Positions 17,075 to 25,663 of a stretch of DNA of 32,000 nt are shown one piece after another. Position 1 is the stretch's first letter. Each line of letters begins with the position of its first letter. This DNA is from Candidatus Poseidoniaceae archaeon. Lineage in GTDB: Archaea; Thermoplasmatota; Poseidoniia; Poseidoniales; Poseidoniaceae. Made by a program: the position numbers and the translations under genes. Below the pieces are notes generated by a model, which saw only the letters and a list, made by a program, of their open reading frames with translations, was not told the DNA's origin and ran no database searches. The stretch lies in contig CALSTM010000002.1 of the NCBI GenBank assembly GCA_943789275.1, positions 510,001 through 542,000 of the forward strand, given 5' to 3'.

Positions 17075-17805
17075 TCTTCTTCACCTCCAACTTCTTCTTC
17101 ATCCAAGCCCCATGCAGAGCGGATGTCCGACGCTTCGGTCCTTCCATCGTTCAACAGCAACATACGGTCAGCGTTTGAAGCCAAATCCGGATCGTGAGTC
17201 ACCATGAGGATTGAAATCGGATTTTCCTCATCGTGACAGAGGTCTTTGAACAATTGTAAAACTTCCCTGCCGCTGGCAATATCGAGGTTACCTGTTGGCT
17301 CATCCGCCAATAACAACGGACGATTTCCCGCAATCGCACGAGCGATGGCTACCCGTTGCTGTTGTCCACCTGACAACTGGTCCGGAACGTGATTCATACG
17401 GTCTTCAAGACCGACTTTAGCGAGGGCAACCTTGGCAGCAGCTTCTGCGTCCTTGGCTTGCATCCCAGATAATTCGAGAGCCATTGCGACATTGTCAACT
17501 GCAGTGAGGTTATCCAAAAGATGGAAGTCTTGGAAAATCCATCCCACATGCTCTCTGCGGATGTGAACAACGCTGGAAGGATTTTTCTTACCGTAAATCT
17601 GGTCGTTGAGATGGATTTCTCCACTGTCTCCAGCAAGCAAGCCGCCAATGATATTGAGAAGGGTCGATTTACCGGAGCCCGATGGGCCCATGAGAGCAAC
17701 CATCTCGCCTTGTTTGAGTTTCATATCAACGCCCTTGAGCACTTGCAGTTTGTTCGAGCCAGACCCGAAAGCCTTCGTGAGTTTAGTTACTTCTAGCATT
17801 TTCAT
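17071..17805 (-). CDS. ABC transporter ATP-binding protein (MacB/LolD-type)
   Basis: Walker [11 protein letters not shown]-loop, signature [14 protein letters not shown], Walker [13 protein letters not shown], and an acidic tail [14 protein letters not shown] (17808-17812, minus strand) is spaced better for the second ATG at 17799, so the true start may be 17799. Confidence 0.9.
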   Translation of the reverse strand: MKMLEVTKLTKAFGSGSNKLQVLKGVDMKLKQGEMVALMGPSGSGKSTLLNIIGGLLAGDSGEIHLNDQIYGKKNPSSVVHIRREHVGWIFQDFHLLDNLTAVDNVAMALELSGMQAKDAEAAAKVALAKVGLEDRMNHVPDQLSGGQQQRVAIARAIAGNRPLLLADEPTGNLDIASGREVLQLFKDLCHDEENPISILMVTHDPDLASNADRMLLLNDGRTEASDIRSAWGLDEEEVGGEEE

Positions 17806-17834
17806 TTCCTCCTAATCTTTGATTTCCCTAAGTC

Positions 17835-17841
17835 AATATAT
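17835..17841 (-). promoter_or_regulatory. TATA-like box upstream of the ABC operon
   Basis: The minus strand reads ATATATT about 30-40 nt upstream of the ATPase start codons. It is embedded in TCAATATATCAATA. Confidence 0.3.
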
Positions 17842-17858
17842 CAATACCTGTTTTACAT

Positions 17859-18509
17859 TCAATTCATCGCATCTTCGTCGACAGGTTGTAGAATCAAACG
17901 AAGTGTTCGCCCAAGCAAGTCATGAAGCAACAGGGTTTCCTCCGTAGGTGGCTTGCCTTTGGTGTAGGTTTGGAGCATCGGTTCGTAAAATACATCACCT
18001 ATACCGTCGGTCAATTTTTGAAGAATCTCAATAGAAAGGTCAGTGCGCACCAGCCCCCATTCTTGGCCCAATCTGAGACCCTCCCGGAAATGGCTTTGAA
18101 GCGGCGCGCTGCACACGGCAAGCCGTTCGTAAATCGGGTGATTTGGTGGAATTTGTTGGGAGACCATTTGTCCATTCTCAACAAAACCATTGTCGTCCCA
18201 AAACCGCTCTGTGATGAGCCTGGACTCGCGCATGTGACTCCAATATTCGGTGGCCGAGGTCGGATGGCCATGTTCATCCAAGCGCAAACGAAGCGCATCC
18301 AGTCCTTCTTGCATGACGGTGAAAAACAAATCAGCCTTGTCTTCGAACCAATAGTAGAATTGCCCTTTTGAGATTTCCAGTTCCTTTAAGAGAAGGTTGA
18401 GTGATGTAGCATCATAGCCATTGATTGCGAACTGAGCTTTGGAAATTCTGAGCACCCGTTCCTTTTCTTCCTGCGGAATATTAAGGAACCGTTTCAGGGG
18501 CATGAGCAC
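17859..18509 (-). CDS. TetR/AcrR-family transcriptional regulator
   Basis: N-terminal HTH pattern RVLRISKAQFAINGYDATSLNLLLKELEISKGQFYYWFEDKADLF, typical of TetR. Start is GTG 18509 or ATG 18503. Confidence 0.85.
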   Translation of the reverse strand: MLMPLKRFLNIPQEEKERVLRISKAQFAINGYDATSLNLLLKELEISKGQFYYWFEDKADLFFTVMQEGLDALRLRLDEHGHPTSATEYWSHMRESRLITERFWDDNGFVENGQMVSQQIPPNHPIYERLAVCSAPLQSHFREGLRLGQEWGLVRTDLSIEILQKLTDGIGDVFYEPMLQTYTKGKPPTEETLLLHDLLGRTLRLILQPVDEDAMN

Positions 18510-18536
18510 ACTTCAAACCGCCGGTCTGACCTTCGG

Positions 18537-18544
18537 TATAAATA
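18537..18544 (-). promoter_or_regulatory. TATA-like box upstream of the TetR gene
   Basis: The minus strand reads TATTTATA about 30-40 nt upstream of the TetR start codons. This implies a short or absent 5' leader and an independent promoter. Confidence 0.3.
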
Positions 18545-18593
18545 AGTTTGTTCAGTATGAATAACGCTCTGCTCCCGCTTGGGGGGGGACTCA

Positions 18594-19557
18594 TCATGCA
18601 GATATGTCGTGTTGTTTCTGCATCATCCTACCGAATATGGGCGGCAAGAGAGCCAGCCAAAACATACCGTAGTACCCTGCAGGAAGTTGGGGTGCTTCAT
18701 CATGAACGGTTAATCGATGGTACGGTGTGCTGGATTTGAGGTGATGCGACGGATGCAACGGCAACTCGAGCAGCGTCCAACGTGAAAGGCGATGCCGGCT
18801 TTCCCAAGCATGAGATGCGTTTGCACGCTCATCCATACCACGGTTCAAACCGTGGTGTTGGATGTAATTAACGAATTCAAGAAGGAAAATGGCTACGGCC
18901 GCTTGCCCCAGGAACACCACCAGCAGCGGCCAAGCAGCGATGAGGAGGCCAGTAAGCAAGACTGCTTCCACAAGAAGGGCGTTGCGTGTATCAACAGGTC
19001 GGGCCTTGTAAGCGCCCTTCAACTGGCGAGGAACTGTTTGCAGGACATGGAAGTAAATGCCTCTCCCCCATGGGGATGAAGTCGGGTCGACAGGTCGCGC
19101 CCAGTGTTTGTGATGCGTGTGATTGTGCTCAGTGGTAAAATGGAGGTAAAGAACGGAAAAAAGCGACAGACCTCGCACACCACCAACTGAACGACCGAGG
19201 TCGACGATGGCCTAATTCATGTGCTGCAACAACCCCAGAGGCGCCGTTGGAGAGACCCACGGACAATACTGCGAGTAGAGTGAGAGAACTGAGTCCATCT
19301 ACCGAAACACGCCACAAAAGAGCAGCAACCAGGAGGATCGGGAAAAGGGCGTGCAAATGTGCAAGAACACTGTGAGCTCGTCCGTCTTGGAGAGGGTCAG
19401 TTGATGAAGAGCGCCCAAGTATGATTTCCAAGAAAGGGTAGACTCCAAGAAGAAGTACCGCAGTCGATGCCATCCAGAGGCCTCCGAGATACAAGGAAAC
19501 GAACGTAATCAGCGGTGTGGCGAGGCCCCATAAGTGAGGTATCCAACGCTGATTCAT
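18594..19557 (-). pseudogene. AlkB-like membrane di-iron alkane hydroxylase / fatty-acid desaturase family gene, split by a frameshift
   Basis: ORF 19129-19557 ends shortly after His box 1 (AAHELGHRRPRSFSWWCARSVAFF). ORF 18594-19178 carries His box 2 (EHNHTHHKHWARPVDP), NYIQHHGL and His box 3 (HPSHHL). The frames join if one base is removed from the A6 run at 19157-19162 (T6 on the coding strand). Tandem stops TGATGA at 18591-18596. Confidence 0.72.
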
Positions 19558-19594
19558 GCCCTAAGGACACACTGCCCCCATGTAAAGGCTGCCT

Positions 19595-19714
19595 TCACTC
19601 TTTGGAGAATCGGCGCATAAGACGCTGGATGAAGGAACCTTTGCGGAATATTCCACTTTGGTATTCTTGCGAATCAAGTACCTGGTCAACGTAACTCGAG
19701 AGATAGTCGTCCAT
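19595..19714 (-). CDS. Micro-ORF A (39 aa), paralogue of micro-ORF B
   Basis: MDDYLSSYVDQVLDSQEYQSGIFRKGSFIQRLMRRFSKE. GAGGTG lies 7 nt upstream of the ATG. The start overlaps the stop of micro-ORF B (TGATG). Below the 60-aa cut-off of the ORF track. Confidence 0.4.
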   Translation of the reverse strand: MDDYLSSYVDQVLDSQEYQSGIFRKGSFIQRLMRRFSKE

Positions 19715-19878
19715 CAAAGAACACCTCGGCGGGACGAGTATGCGCCTCGAGCGTCAGCTCCACATCGGTAATCAGAGATTGCCCCGACGACGACATCGAA
19801 GACGTTGGTAAAAATACCACTTCGATGTTCTTGTTCATTCATTATTTGGTCTACGTATGTTTCTAGGTTTTTGTCCAT
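19714..19878 (-). CDS. Micro-ORF B (54 aa), paralogue of micro-ORF A
   Basis: MDKNLETYVDQIMNEQEHRSGIFTNVFDVVVGAISDYRCGADARGAYSSRRGVL. It shares 13 of the first 23 residues with micro-ORF A (MD..L..YVDQ....QE..SGIF). TATA-like AAATATAC lies about 40 nt upstream on the minus strand. Confidence 0.4.
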   Translation of the reverse strand: MDKNLETYVDQIMNEQEHRSGIFTNVFDVVVGAISDYRCGADARGAYSSRRGVL

Positions 19879-19982
19879 AGTGCTTCCGCCTGTAGTTGTT
19901 GTTTGCTACAGTGTATATTTGGAACCGGCACTATATCAAGCCGTGGTAAATTTGCCAACACATAGGTGCTTTAAGTAAATCA

Positions 19983-20000
19983 AGTGTTTTTAACAACACT
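19983..20000 (-). terminator. Short hairpin immediately after the PhoU-like stop codon
   Basis: AGTGTT (19983-19988) and AACACT (19995-20000) form a 6-bp stem with a 6-nt loop, 1 nt downstream of the stop at 20002-20004. There is no long T run, so the terminator role is uncertain. Confidence 0.22.
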
Positions 20001-20001
20001 C

Positions 20002-21042
20002 TCAAGCATTGCGTCGAATTTCGCTAAAAACCTTCATGTTGAGGAGTATTTCTCCGAAATCTCGAGAATATGCGCAGAGCCTTCGAACCGACTCAGAAAG
20101 GCTCAAATCAAAAGCCATCCATTCGTTCTGTCGGTGGTTTGCGAGCAAGTCTTGTTCGTGGAGAACCAGTACTTGTTGAACGTCTTTGAGTGTTTTTCGA
20201 GCCTCTTCAATTCGGAATGAGTCCCTTGTCCGTATGTTGATCATCAGTTCCTTGAGCGAAGCATGCCAATCCGGTATTTTTTCTAAAGCGGTCGTGCCTG
20301 AAAGGGCTCTGGTAATTTGTGGATTTTCAAGAATCAGTTGCGACATGGTGTACGCGTGATCCATCATTCTTTCAAGAGATCTGGCAAGATTTGTGTATTC
20401 CAAAGCTTGCGTTCGTGAAAGATTCAATTTTGTTGCCACGAGGTGTGAATCCAGTAAGATTCGTACTTGTCTTTCAATCAAGTACAGGATTGCGTCGACT
20501 TCACTTTCTCTTTCTTCAGCATCGGAAAGGTATGCTCTGTCTTCGCCGTCGAATACGCTACCAATGTCACGGATGAGGGACGTCACTTGCAAGTACATCC
20601 TGTTGAGGCTCGCATGCAACGGCATGTCTCCTGCATTCATCAAGCATTTGAGGTCAATCTGCTCATCACTTTCTTCAAAGATTTCGAAACCACGGGTGCT
20701 CCGAAGAAAACGGCGGATTTGCATTGAAGTTGTCTTTTTAAGGCTCTTATTGAGGCGGACTGAAATGTTATCTGCCCCAGATATATAGGCGCCCATGAGA
20801 TGGTCATGAAGACTGTTTTCGGGCAGTAATTCTGCATCAAATGAAACGTTGTTCTCTTGAGCACCGCTCAAAAGGAGTGGAGTAATTCGAAGTGCTCCGC
20901 TGGGCCTCCAATCGACGCGCAATGAATCGCGAGCCTTGAGTTGCTGCTCAAGAATCCACGGCTTTGGAAGACTGACTGTGAAGGTGCTACCACCCGTGCT
21001 CTGTAGTTTCCTTACTTCATGTTCCCCCGGTCCGAACGCCAT
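20002..21042 (-). CDS. Archaeal-type phosphate uptake regulator: N-terminal AbrB/SpoVT-like domain fused to PhoU repeats
   Basis: N-terminus VRKLQSTGGSTFTVSLPKPWILEQQLKARDSLRV (SpoVT/AbrB swapped-hairpin pattern). It is followed by about 230 aa of helical PhoU-like repeats (DAEERESEVDAILYLIERQ...; ERMMDHAYTM). Divergent from a Pit transporter. Confidence 0.78.
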   Translation of the reverse strand: MAFGPGEHEVRKLQSTGGSTFTVSLPKPWILEQQLKARDSLRVDWRPSGALRITPLLLSGAQENNVSFDAELLPENSLHDHLMGAYISGADNISVRLNKSLKKTTSMQIRRFLRSTRGFEIFEESDEQIDLKCLMNAGDMPLHASLNRMYLQVTSLIRDIGSVFDGEDRAYLSDAEERESEVDAILYLIERQVRILLDSHLVATKLNLSRTQALEYTNLARSLERMMDHAYTMSQLILENPQITRALSGTTALEKIPDWHASLKELMINIRTRDSFRIEEARKTLKDVQQVLVLHEQDLLANHRQNEWMAFDLSLSESVRRLCAYSRDFGEILLNMKVFSEIRRNA

Positions 21043-21068
21043 AATATCATCACCGCCGTCTAAATTGA

Positions 21069-21102
21069 CCTATATAGAATATACATAGTTTTGAATATAT
21101 AC
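21069..21102. promoter_or_regulatory. Bidirectional TATA-rich promoter region between the phoU-like and pit genes, with a repeated GAATATA(T)AC motif
   Basis: TATATAG (21071-21077) lies about 30 nt from the minus-strand ATG at 21042. ATATATA (21095-21101) lies about 25 nt before ATG 21124. The direct repeat is GAATATAC (21077-21084) and GAATATATAC (21093-21102). Confidence 0.45.
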
Positions 21103-21123
21103 TGAATTGCGGTGAGTAGAACC

Positions 21124-23268
21124 ATGGAACCCATAACAATGGTATTGATTGGATTAGCATTGATCGTATGCGCTTACATGGCATGGAACATCGGAGCGAA
21201 TGACGTAGCAAACGCAATGGGCACATCCGTTGGCTCAAGAGCACTGACGCTCAAGCAAGCGGTAATCATAGCAGCAATCTTCGAATTCAGCGGTGCTTTC
21301 TTTGCTGGAGATGCAGTCACTGATACAGTCCGAAAGGGTATTCTTTCGGTAGATTTCTCAGATCCAATGGTTGATGCTGCATTCTCCCAGGACATTGCCT
21401 TTGGCTTCATTGCCGCTATGATGGCTGCAGCGACATGGCTTACTATTGCCACTCGTTACGGCCTACCCGTATCTACGACTCACTCCATTATTGGAGGAAT
21501 TATTGGCGTTGGTTTGATTCTTGAAGTCAAGCACGACACGTCTCTTATTGACTGGGAAGTTGTCCAGAAAGTCGTTATGTCTTGGGTTGCAAGCCCATTG
21601 ATGGGGGCTTTACTCGCCTTCTTTTCCTATTACATCATCAAGAAAACAATTCTTGACTCCGAGAATCCGGTTGACCGGTCGCAATGGTTGGCCCCAATAC
21701 TCGCTTTCCCAACTTTCTTCGTACTTGGGCTCGCACTTCAATTCAAGGCTCTGAAAGGGTTCTTCTCAAAAGCCGACAATGAAGGGTGGATTGAAAATAA
21801 ATACGACTGGTTACCTGTCAAAGAAAACGGTGTGTTCAATCCATTTGCCGACAACGCATGGTTCCCAATTAACTCACTGATTCTCGCAGCCATTATTGGT
21901 GTCATAGCCAGCCTTGGGTTGTATCTTGTTCTTCGACGAATCGATATCAATGAAGAAAAGCGCGGCTTCCGTGGCGTCGAGCGTATCTTCGTTTGGTTGC
22001 AGATTATTACCGCTGCTTACGTCGCTTTCGCACACGGTGCAAACGACCGTTCAAACGCTATCGGCCCTATGGCTGCTGTTTGGCAAGTCCTCAGCAGCGA
22101 TGGTGGTCAACTGATGGAAAAAGCACCTATTCCTGTCTGGCTGATTCTCTTGGGATCTGCTGGAATCGCTATTGGTGTGATGACCTGGGGATGGAGAGTT
22201 ATGGAAACGATTGGTAAGAAAATCACTGACATCACACCCACCCGGGGCTTTGCTGCTGAATTCGGTGCAGCTACCACCATCCTCATCTTCTCTATGCCGT
22301 TCTTGGCAGTACCTGTCTCAACAACACACACGCTTGTCGGTGCTGTTGTAGGCGTAGGATTGGCCGGTGGTGCGAAGGCTGTTGACTTCCGAGTGTTCGG
22401 AAAAATTGCCGCCTCATGGGTGGCCAGCGTTCCTGCTGCCGCCTTTGGAGCAATCGTACTGTTTGTCGCCTCTGGAGGAGATTCGCTAAACATGATCGTC
22501 TTACTCCCTCTATCCTTCATCGCAGTTGGATTTGCTATCTGGAAGAGCAGTGGTGAAATCCATGTGGAAGATGCTCTGTCTGACGCAGGTGCTAGCGGTG
22601 AAGGAACAGGCCATATAAACAGCGACACAACACCGTTTGAGTTGTTCCACGAACACGCGAAGGCTGTCGAAAAGACCGTTGAACACATGCTTGAAGCAGT
22701 GAACACCGCTTGCGACGGCGAGGATGCATCCGAAGCCATTGGTGCGACAATTGCTGCTGAACTCGAGGCTGATAACGTCAAGACTGAAGTTCGACGCCTA
22801 GCAGGTGAAGACATTCGATTTGGTGTCCATGTGAGTTACGATGACTTCCTCTACATGGTCACTCGGCAAGACCGAATCGCAGATTATGCGCAAAATGTGG
22901 CGGAGCAGTTAGCATTCAGACCCCTGTTTGATGATAAGGAAGCAAAAGAAAATCTCAAGGACATGGCGAACGCAGTAGCAAATACTGTCGCCAAGTACGA
23001 AGATGCTGTCGAAGCATTACGCGACTACACCATCAGCGGAGAGACCAAAGCAGCGAAGGCCAAACTCGCTGAACTCATCCGAGAAGTGAACCTTAAGGAA
23101 CACGAAGCGGATGTCGTCGAAGCAAAGGCTGCAGGCTATGTCTTCACGTATGGAGACGATGAACCCCTGGCTGCCATGCACATGTACCGTGTCTTACAGC
23201 GACTTGACGATGTCGCTAACGCCTGCGAGAAGGCTGCTAATGCCTTCCTACCAATCCTCAAGCGCTGA
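21124..23268 (+). CDS. Inorganic phosphate transporter (PiT/PHO4 family) fused to a C-terminal DUF47/PhoU-like (PitR-type) cytoplasmic domain
   Basis: PiT signatures GANDVANAMGTSVGS and HGANDRSNAIGP, with STTHSIIGGIIGVG and STTHTLVGAVVGVG. The last roughly 200 aa are soluble, helical and acidic (AVEKTVEHMLEA...EADNVKTEVRR...HEADVVEA), resembling DUF47. An alternative GTG start lies at 21112. Confidence 0.85.
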   Translation: MEPITMVLIGLALIVCAYMAWNIGANDVANAMGTSVGSRALTLKQAVIIAAIFEFSGAFFAGDAVTDTVRKGILSVDFSDPMVDAAFSQDIAFGFIAAMMAAATWLTIATRYGLPVSTTHSIIGGIIGVGLILEVKHDTSLIDWEVVQKVVMSWVASPLMGALLAFFSYYIIKKTILDSENPVDRSQWLAPILAFPTFFVLGLALQFKALKGFFSKADNEGWIENKYDWLPVKENGVFNPFADNAWFPINSLILAAIIGVIASLGLYLVLRRIDINEEKRGFRGVERIFVWLQIITAAYVAFAHGANDRSNAIGPMAAVWQVLSSDGGQLMEKAPIPVWLILLGSAGIAIGVMTWGWRVMETIGKKITDITPTRGFAAEFGAATTILIFSMPFLAVPVSTTHTLVGAVVGVGLAGGAKAVDFRVFGKIAASWVASVPAAAFGAIVLFVASGGDSLNMIVLLPLSFIAVGFAIWKSSGEIHVEDALSDAGASGEGTGHINSDTTPFELFHEHAKAVEKTVEHMLEAVNTACDGEDASEAIGATIAAELEADNVKTEVRRLAGEDIRFGVHVSYDDFLYMVTRQDRIADYAQNVAEQLAFRPLFDDKEAKENLKDMANAVANTVAKYEDAVEALRDYTISGETKAAKAKLAELIREVNLKEHEADVVEAKAAGYVFTYGDDEPLAAMHMYRVLQRLDDVANACEKAANAFLPILKR

Positions 23269-23367
23269 GCGAGGCATTGATAGCGAAGAAGGTCGACGAC
23301 CGCTTATCAGAGCCCCTTCCCGACCGTGCCCGGCACAACAGTGGAAATCGGACTAGGAGTGAGCCTC

Positions 23368-24378
23368 ATGGCTGGAATGGACCTCGCGTTAAAAGCAAAA
23401 CTGCAGAAGCAACGTTACCACATTGTTGGTGAACACGGCGGCGTCAAAACATGCCACTGGACCAAAGAATCTCTTCTCCGTGACCGCCAGTGCTACAAGG
23501 GCAAATTCTACGGCGTTAAAAGTCATAATTGCATGCAAATGTCACCGGTTGTCGACCAGTGCAATCTTGCCTGCACATACTGCTGGCGTGAACCGCATAT
23601 GGACACGTTGGAGCTCACCGACCAAGACCCACTCGAACTTCTCTACGAATCCGTTCGCGCTCAGCGCCGACTGTTGTCTGGGTTTGGAGGAAATCCAAAA
23701 GTGCCTCGGGAAAAGTGGCTGGACGCTCAAAATCCTAAGCACGTTGCCATCTCACTGAACGGTGAACCAACCCTCTACACTCGCCTTTCTGAATACATGG
23801 ACCTGTGCCATAAGCACGGCATGACAACCATGCTTGTAACCAACGGCACGCTTCCAAAGGTTATCGAAAAATTGGATACCTTGCCAACACAACTCTATGT
23901 TTCGGTCGATGCACCAAACAAGAAGGTCTTTGATGAAGTCTGTAAGCCAAAATGGAACGACAACGCTTGGGACAAGTTCTCAGAAACTCTCGACCTCTTG
24001 CCGTCCCTTGATACTCGAATTGTGTGCAGACATACGCTGATGAAGGGCATCAACATGTCCGATGAACACATCAAGCAATTCGCTGCCCTCGACATGCGAG
24101 CAGACCCCGATTATATCGAAAACAAGGGCTATGTATTCGTTGGACACAGCCGTGAAAACCTCGGAGTTGAAAACATGCCAAGCCATGAAGACATCATGGA
24201 TTTCTCTGCCAAAATTGCACCCTTGACTGGGCGGAAGATTTTGTCGGATTCACGTCCGAGTCGAGTGGCACTGGTCGGGCAAGAAATCTCTCCGATTCCA
24301 ATACCCGAACCGACGATGTTCTTCCCTGATGATTTAGGAATCGCCCCCTCTGTCAAGCATTTGCAGATGGCGAATTAG
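23368..24378 (+). CDS. taw1: 4-demethylwyosine synthase, radical SAM (TYW1/Taw1)
   Basis: Radical-SAM CNLACTYCW, upstream CHW...C and CMQMSP, then ISLNGEPTLY. AGGAGTGA (23355-23362) lies 5 nt before ATG 23368; the track's GTG 23326 lacks such a site. Confidence 0.85.
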   Translation: MAGMDLALKAKLQKQRYHIVGEHGGVKTCHWTKESLLRDRQCYKGKFYGVKSHNCMQMSPVVDQCNLACTYCWREPHMDTLELTDQDPLELLYESVRAQRRLLSGFGGNPKVPREKWLDAQNPKHVAISLNGEPTLYTRLSEYMDLCHKHGMTTMLVTNGTLPKVIEKLDTLPTQLYVSVDAPNKKVFDEVCKPKWNDNAWDKFSETLDLLPSLDTRIVCRHTLMKGINMSDEHIKQFAALDMRADPDYIENKGYVFVGHSRENLGVENMPSHEDIMDFSAKIAPLTGRKILSDSRPSRVALVGQEISPIPIPEPTMFFPDDLGIAPSVKHLQMAN

Positions 24379-24534
24379 AGTGAGGCGCTCGATACTGAAG
24401 ACCAAGCGCTCATGTACCGGCTTTAGCAATACAGCGGGAACAGAATGGGCTTCACTGATTCATTCTAAACGTATGAAACCACGCGCGTTCAACCACGTCA
24501 AAATATAGATTTATGTTCAAACAAGTTCAGAACA

Positions 24535-25461
24535 CTATGACTTTTTATTGAGCCGAGGAAAAAGAGCGGGCGTGTTCTCTCTGTATTTTTGATATTCAGG
24601 ATGGTCTTCCCACTTCTTCAAGGCTCGTCTATCGAGCAGAGGTATTCCACTGATTTTCGTTAAGAGGAGATAGATGAACACGGGGGATATCCAAGCCACT
24701 CTTTCCAGACCTGTAAAACAGGAAATACCGAAGAAGGCGATTCCAGTCCATAGAAGGATTTCTCCGAAGTAGTTCGGGTGCCTCGAGTAAGCCCACAAAC
24801 CAGTGTCGATCCATTTACCCTGATTCTCAGGGTCTGAATTGAATACCTTTTTTTGGTTATCAGCTACGACTTCAATGCCGAATCCGAGCAACCACATGGA
24901 CAATCCAATACTGTCCCATATTCCGAATCCAGAGGCTGAATCAGCTTGACTGTTGATTACAATGACGACAATCATTGTTAGGAAAACCCACAGACCTTGG
25001 ATAGTCCATGGTACGAGAAATCGGACCGGCGAAGTTTTGAGTCGATCAAAGCGTCCGTCTTTTCCAGTTCGATGAATACGAAGATAAAGAAAACTGGACA
25101 GGCGTATCGACCAGATAACGACAAGTAAACTGACGAGGATTTCTCTCAAACTCGGAGGTTCGGACTGCGACCCTGCCCAAAGGCTGAATCCAACTACTGC
25201 AAGATAGGTTAAGCCTCCCGTCAAGTCATAGAAGCGTTCAGTTTTCGCTATGGATGCAGGTATCCATGCTACCCATTGTATGCCAATACACATGACTGCA
25301 CAATAGAGTACAGCAGAGTATCCATTCAAGAGGATTGAGTTATGCTCAACAGCACGAACCGTCAGAAAAACAATGAGAAAAACAGAAGTTACAACGGTTG
25401 TTGTTAATCTCAAATCTTGACGAGTTGAACCCATTGCTTCCAGTTGTTCGAGTATCATCAT
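24535..25461 (-). CDS. DUF1295 / steroid 5-alpha-reductase-like polytopic membrane protein
   Basis: 308 aa, about 8 TM, with C-terminal GLWAYSRHPNYFGEILLWTGIAF (the RHPNYFGE signature of DUF1295/ICMT-like enzymes). Confidence 0.75.
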   Translation of the reverse strand: MMILEQLEAMGSTRQDLRLTTTVVTSVFLIVFLTVRAVEHNSILLNGYSAVLYCAVMCIGIQWVAWIPASIAKTERFYDLTGGLTYLAVVGFSLWAGSQSEPPSLREILVSLLVVIWSIRLSSFLYLRIHRTGKDGRFDRLKTSPVRFLVPWTIQGLWVFLTMIVVIVINSQADSASGFGIWDSIGLSMWLLGFGIEVVADNQKKVFNSDPENQGKWIDTGLWAYSRHPNYFGEILLWTGIAFFGISCFTGLERVAWISPVFIYLLLTKISGIPLLDRRALKKWEDHPEYQKYRENTPALFPRLNKKS

Positions 25462-25663
25462 CTTGTTAACAATTCTGCTTACCTTACATTCGAATCATGA
25501 GAACTGGAAATGATTTATGCAGTGCTGCCAACAGAGCAAACTTCAACAAAAGGATGCTATAGAAATCAGGGTTAAAGTAAGATTTTTGGACAAGAAAAGC
25601 TAAACTCAACGACACGGAGAGGCAATGCACACCCTATAACAGTTCGATTACATCGTAAAAGGG

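Noticed and set aside
18581-18588. G8 homopolymer just downstream of the AlkB-like stop, considered as a slipped-strand phase-variation tract
   Set aside because: It lies in the intergenic region between the AlkB-like stop and the TetR promoter, not in a coding frame or at a promoter spacer position that I can define. There is no evidence of variability from a single sequence.
22107-22814. 235-aa minus-strand ORF inside the pit gene
   Set aside because: The antisense translation is A/S/T/P-rich with no motifs, whereas the plus strand carries unmistakable PiT signatures.
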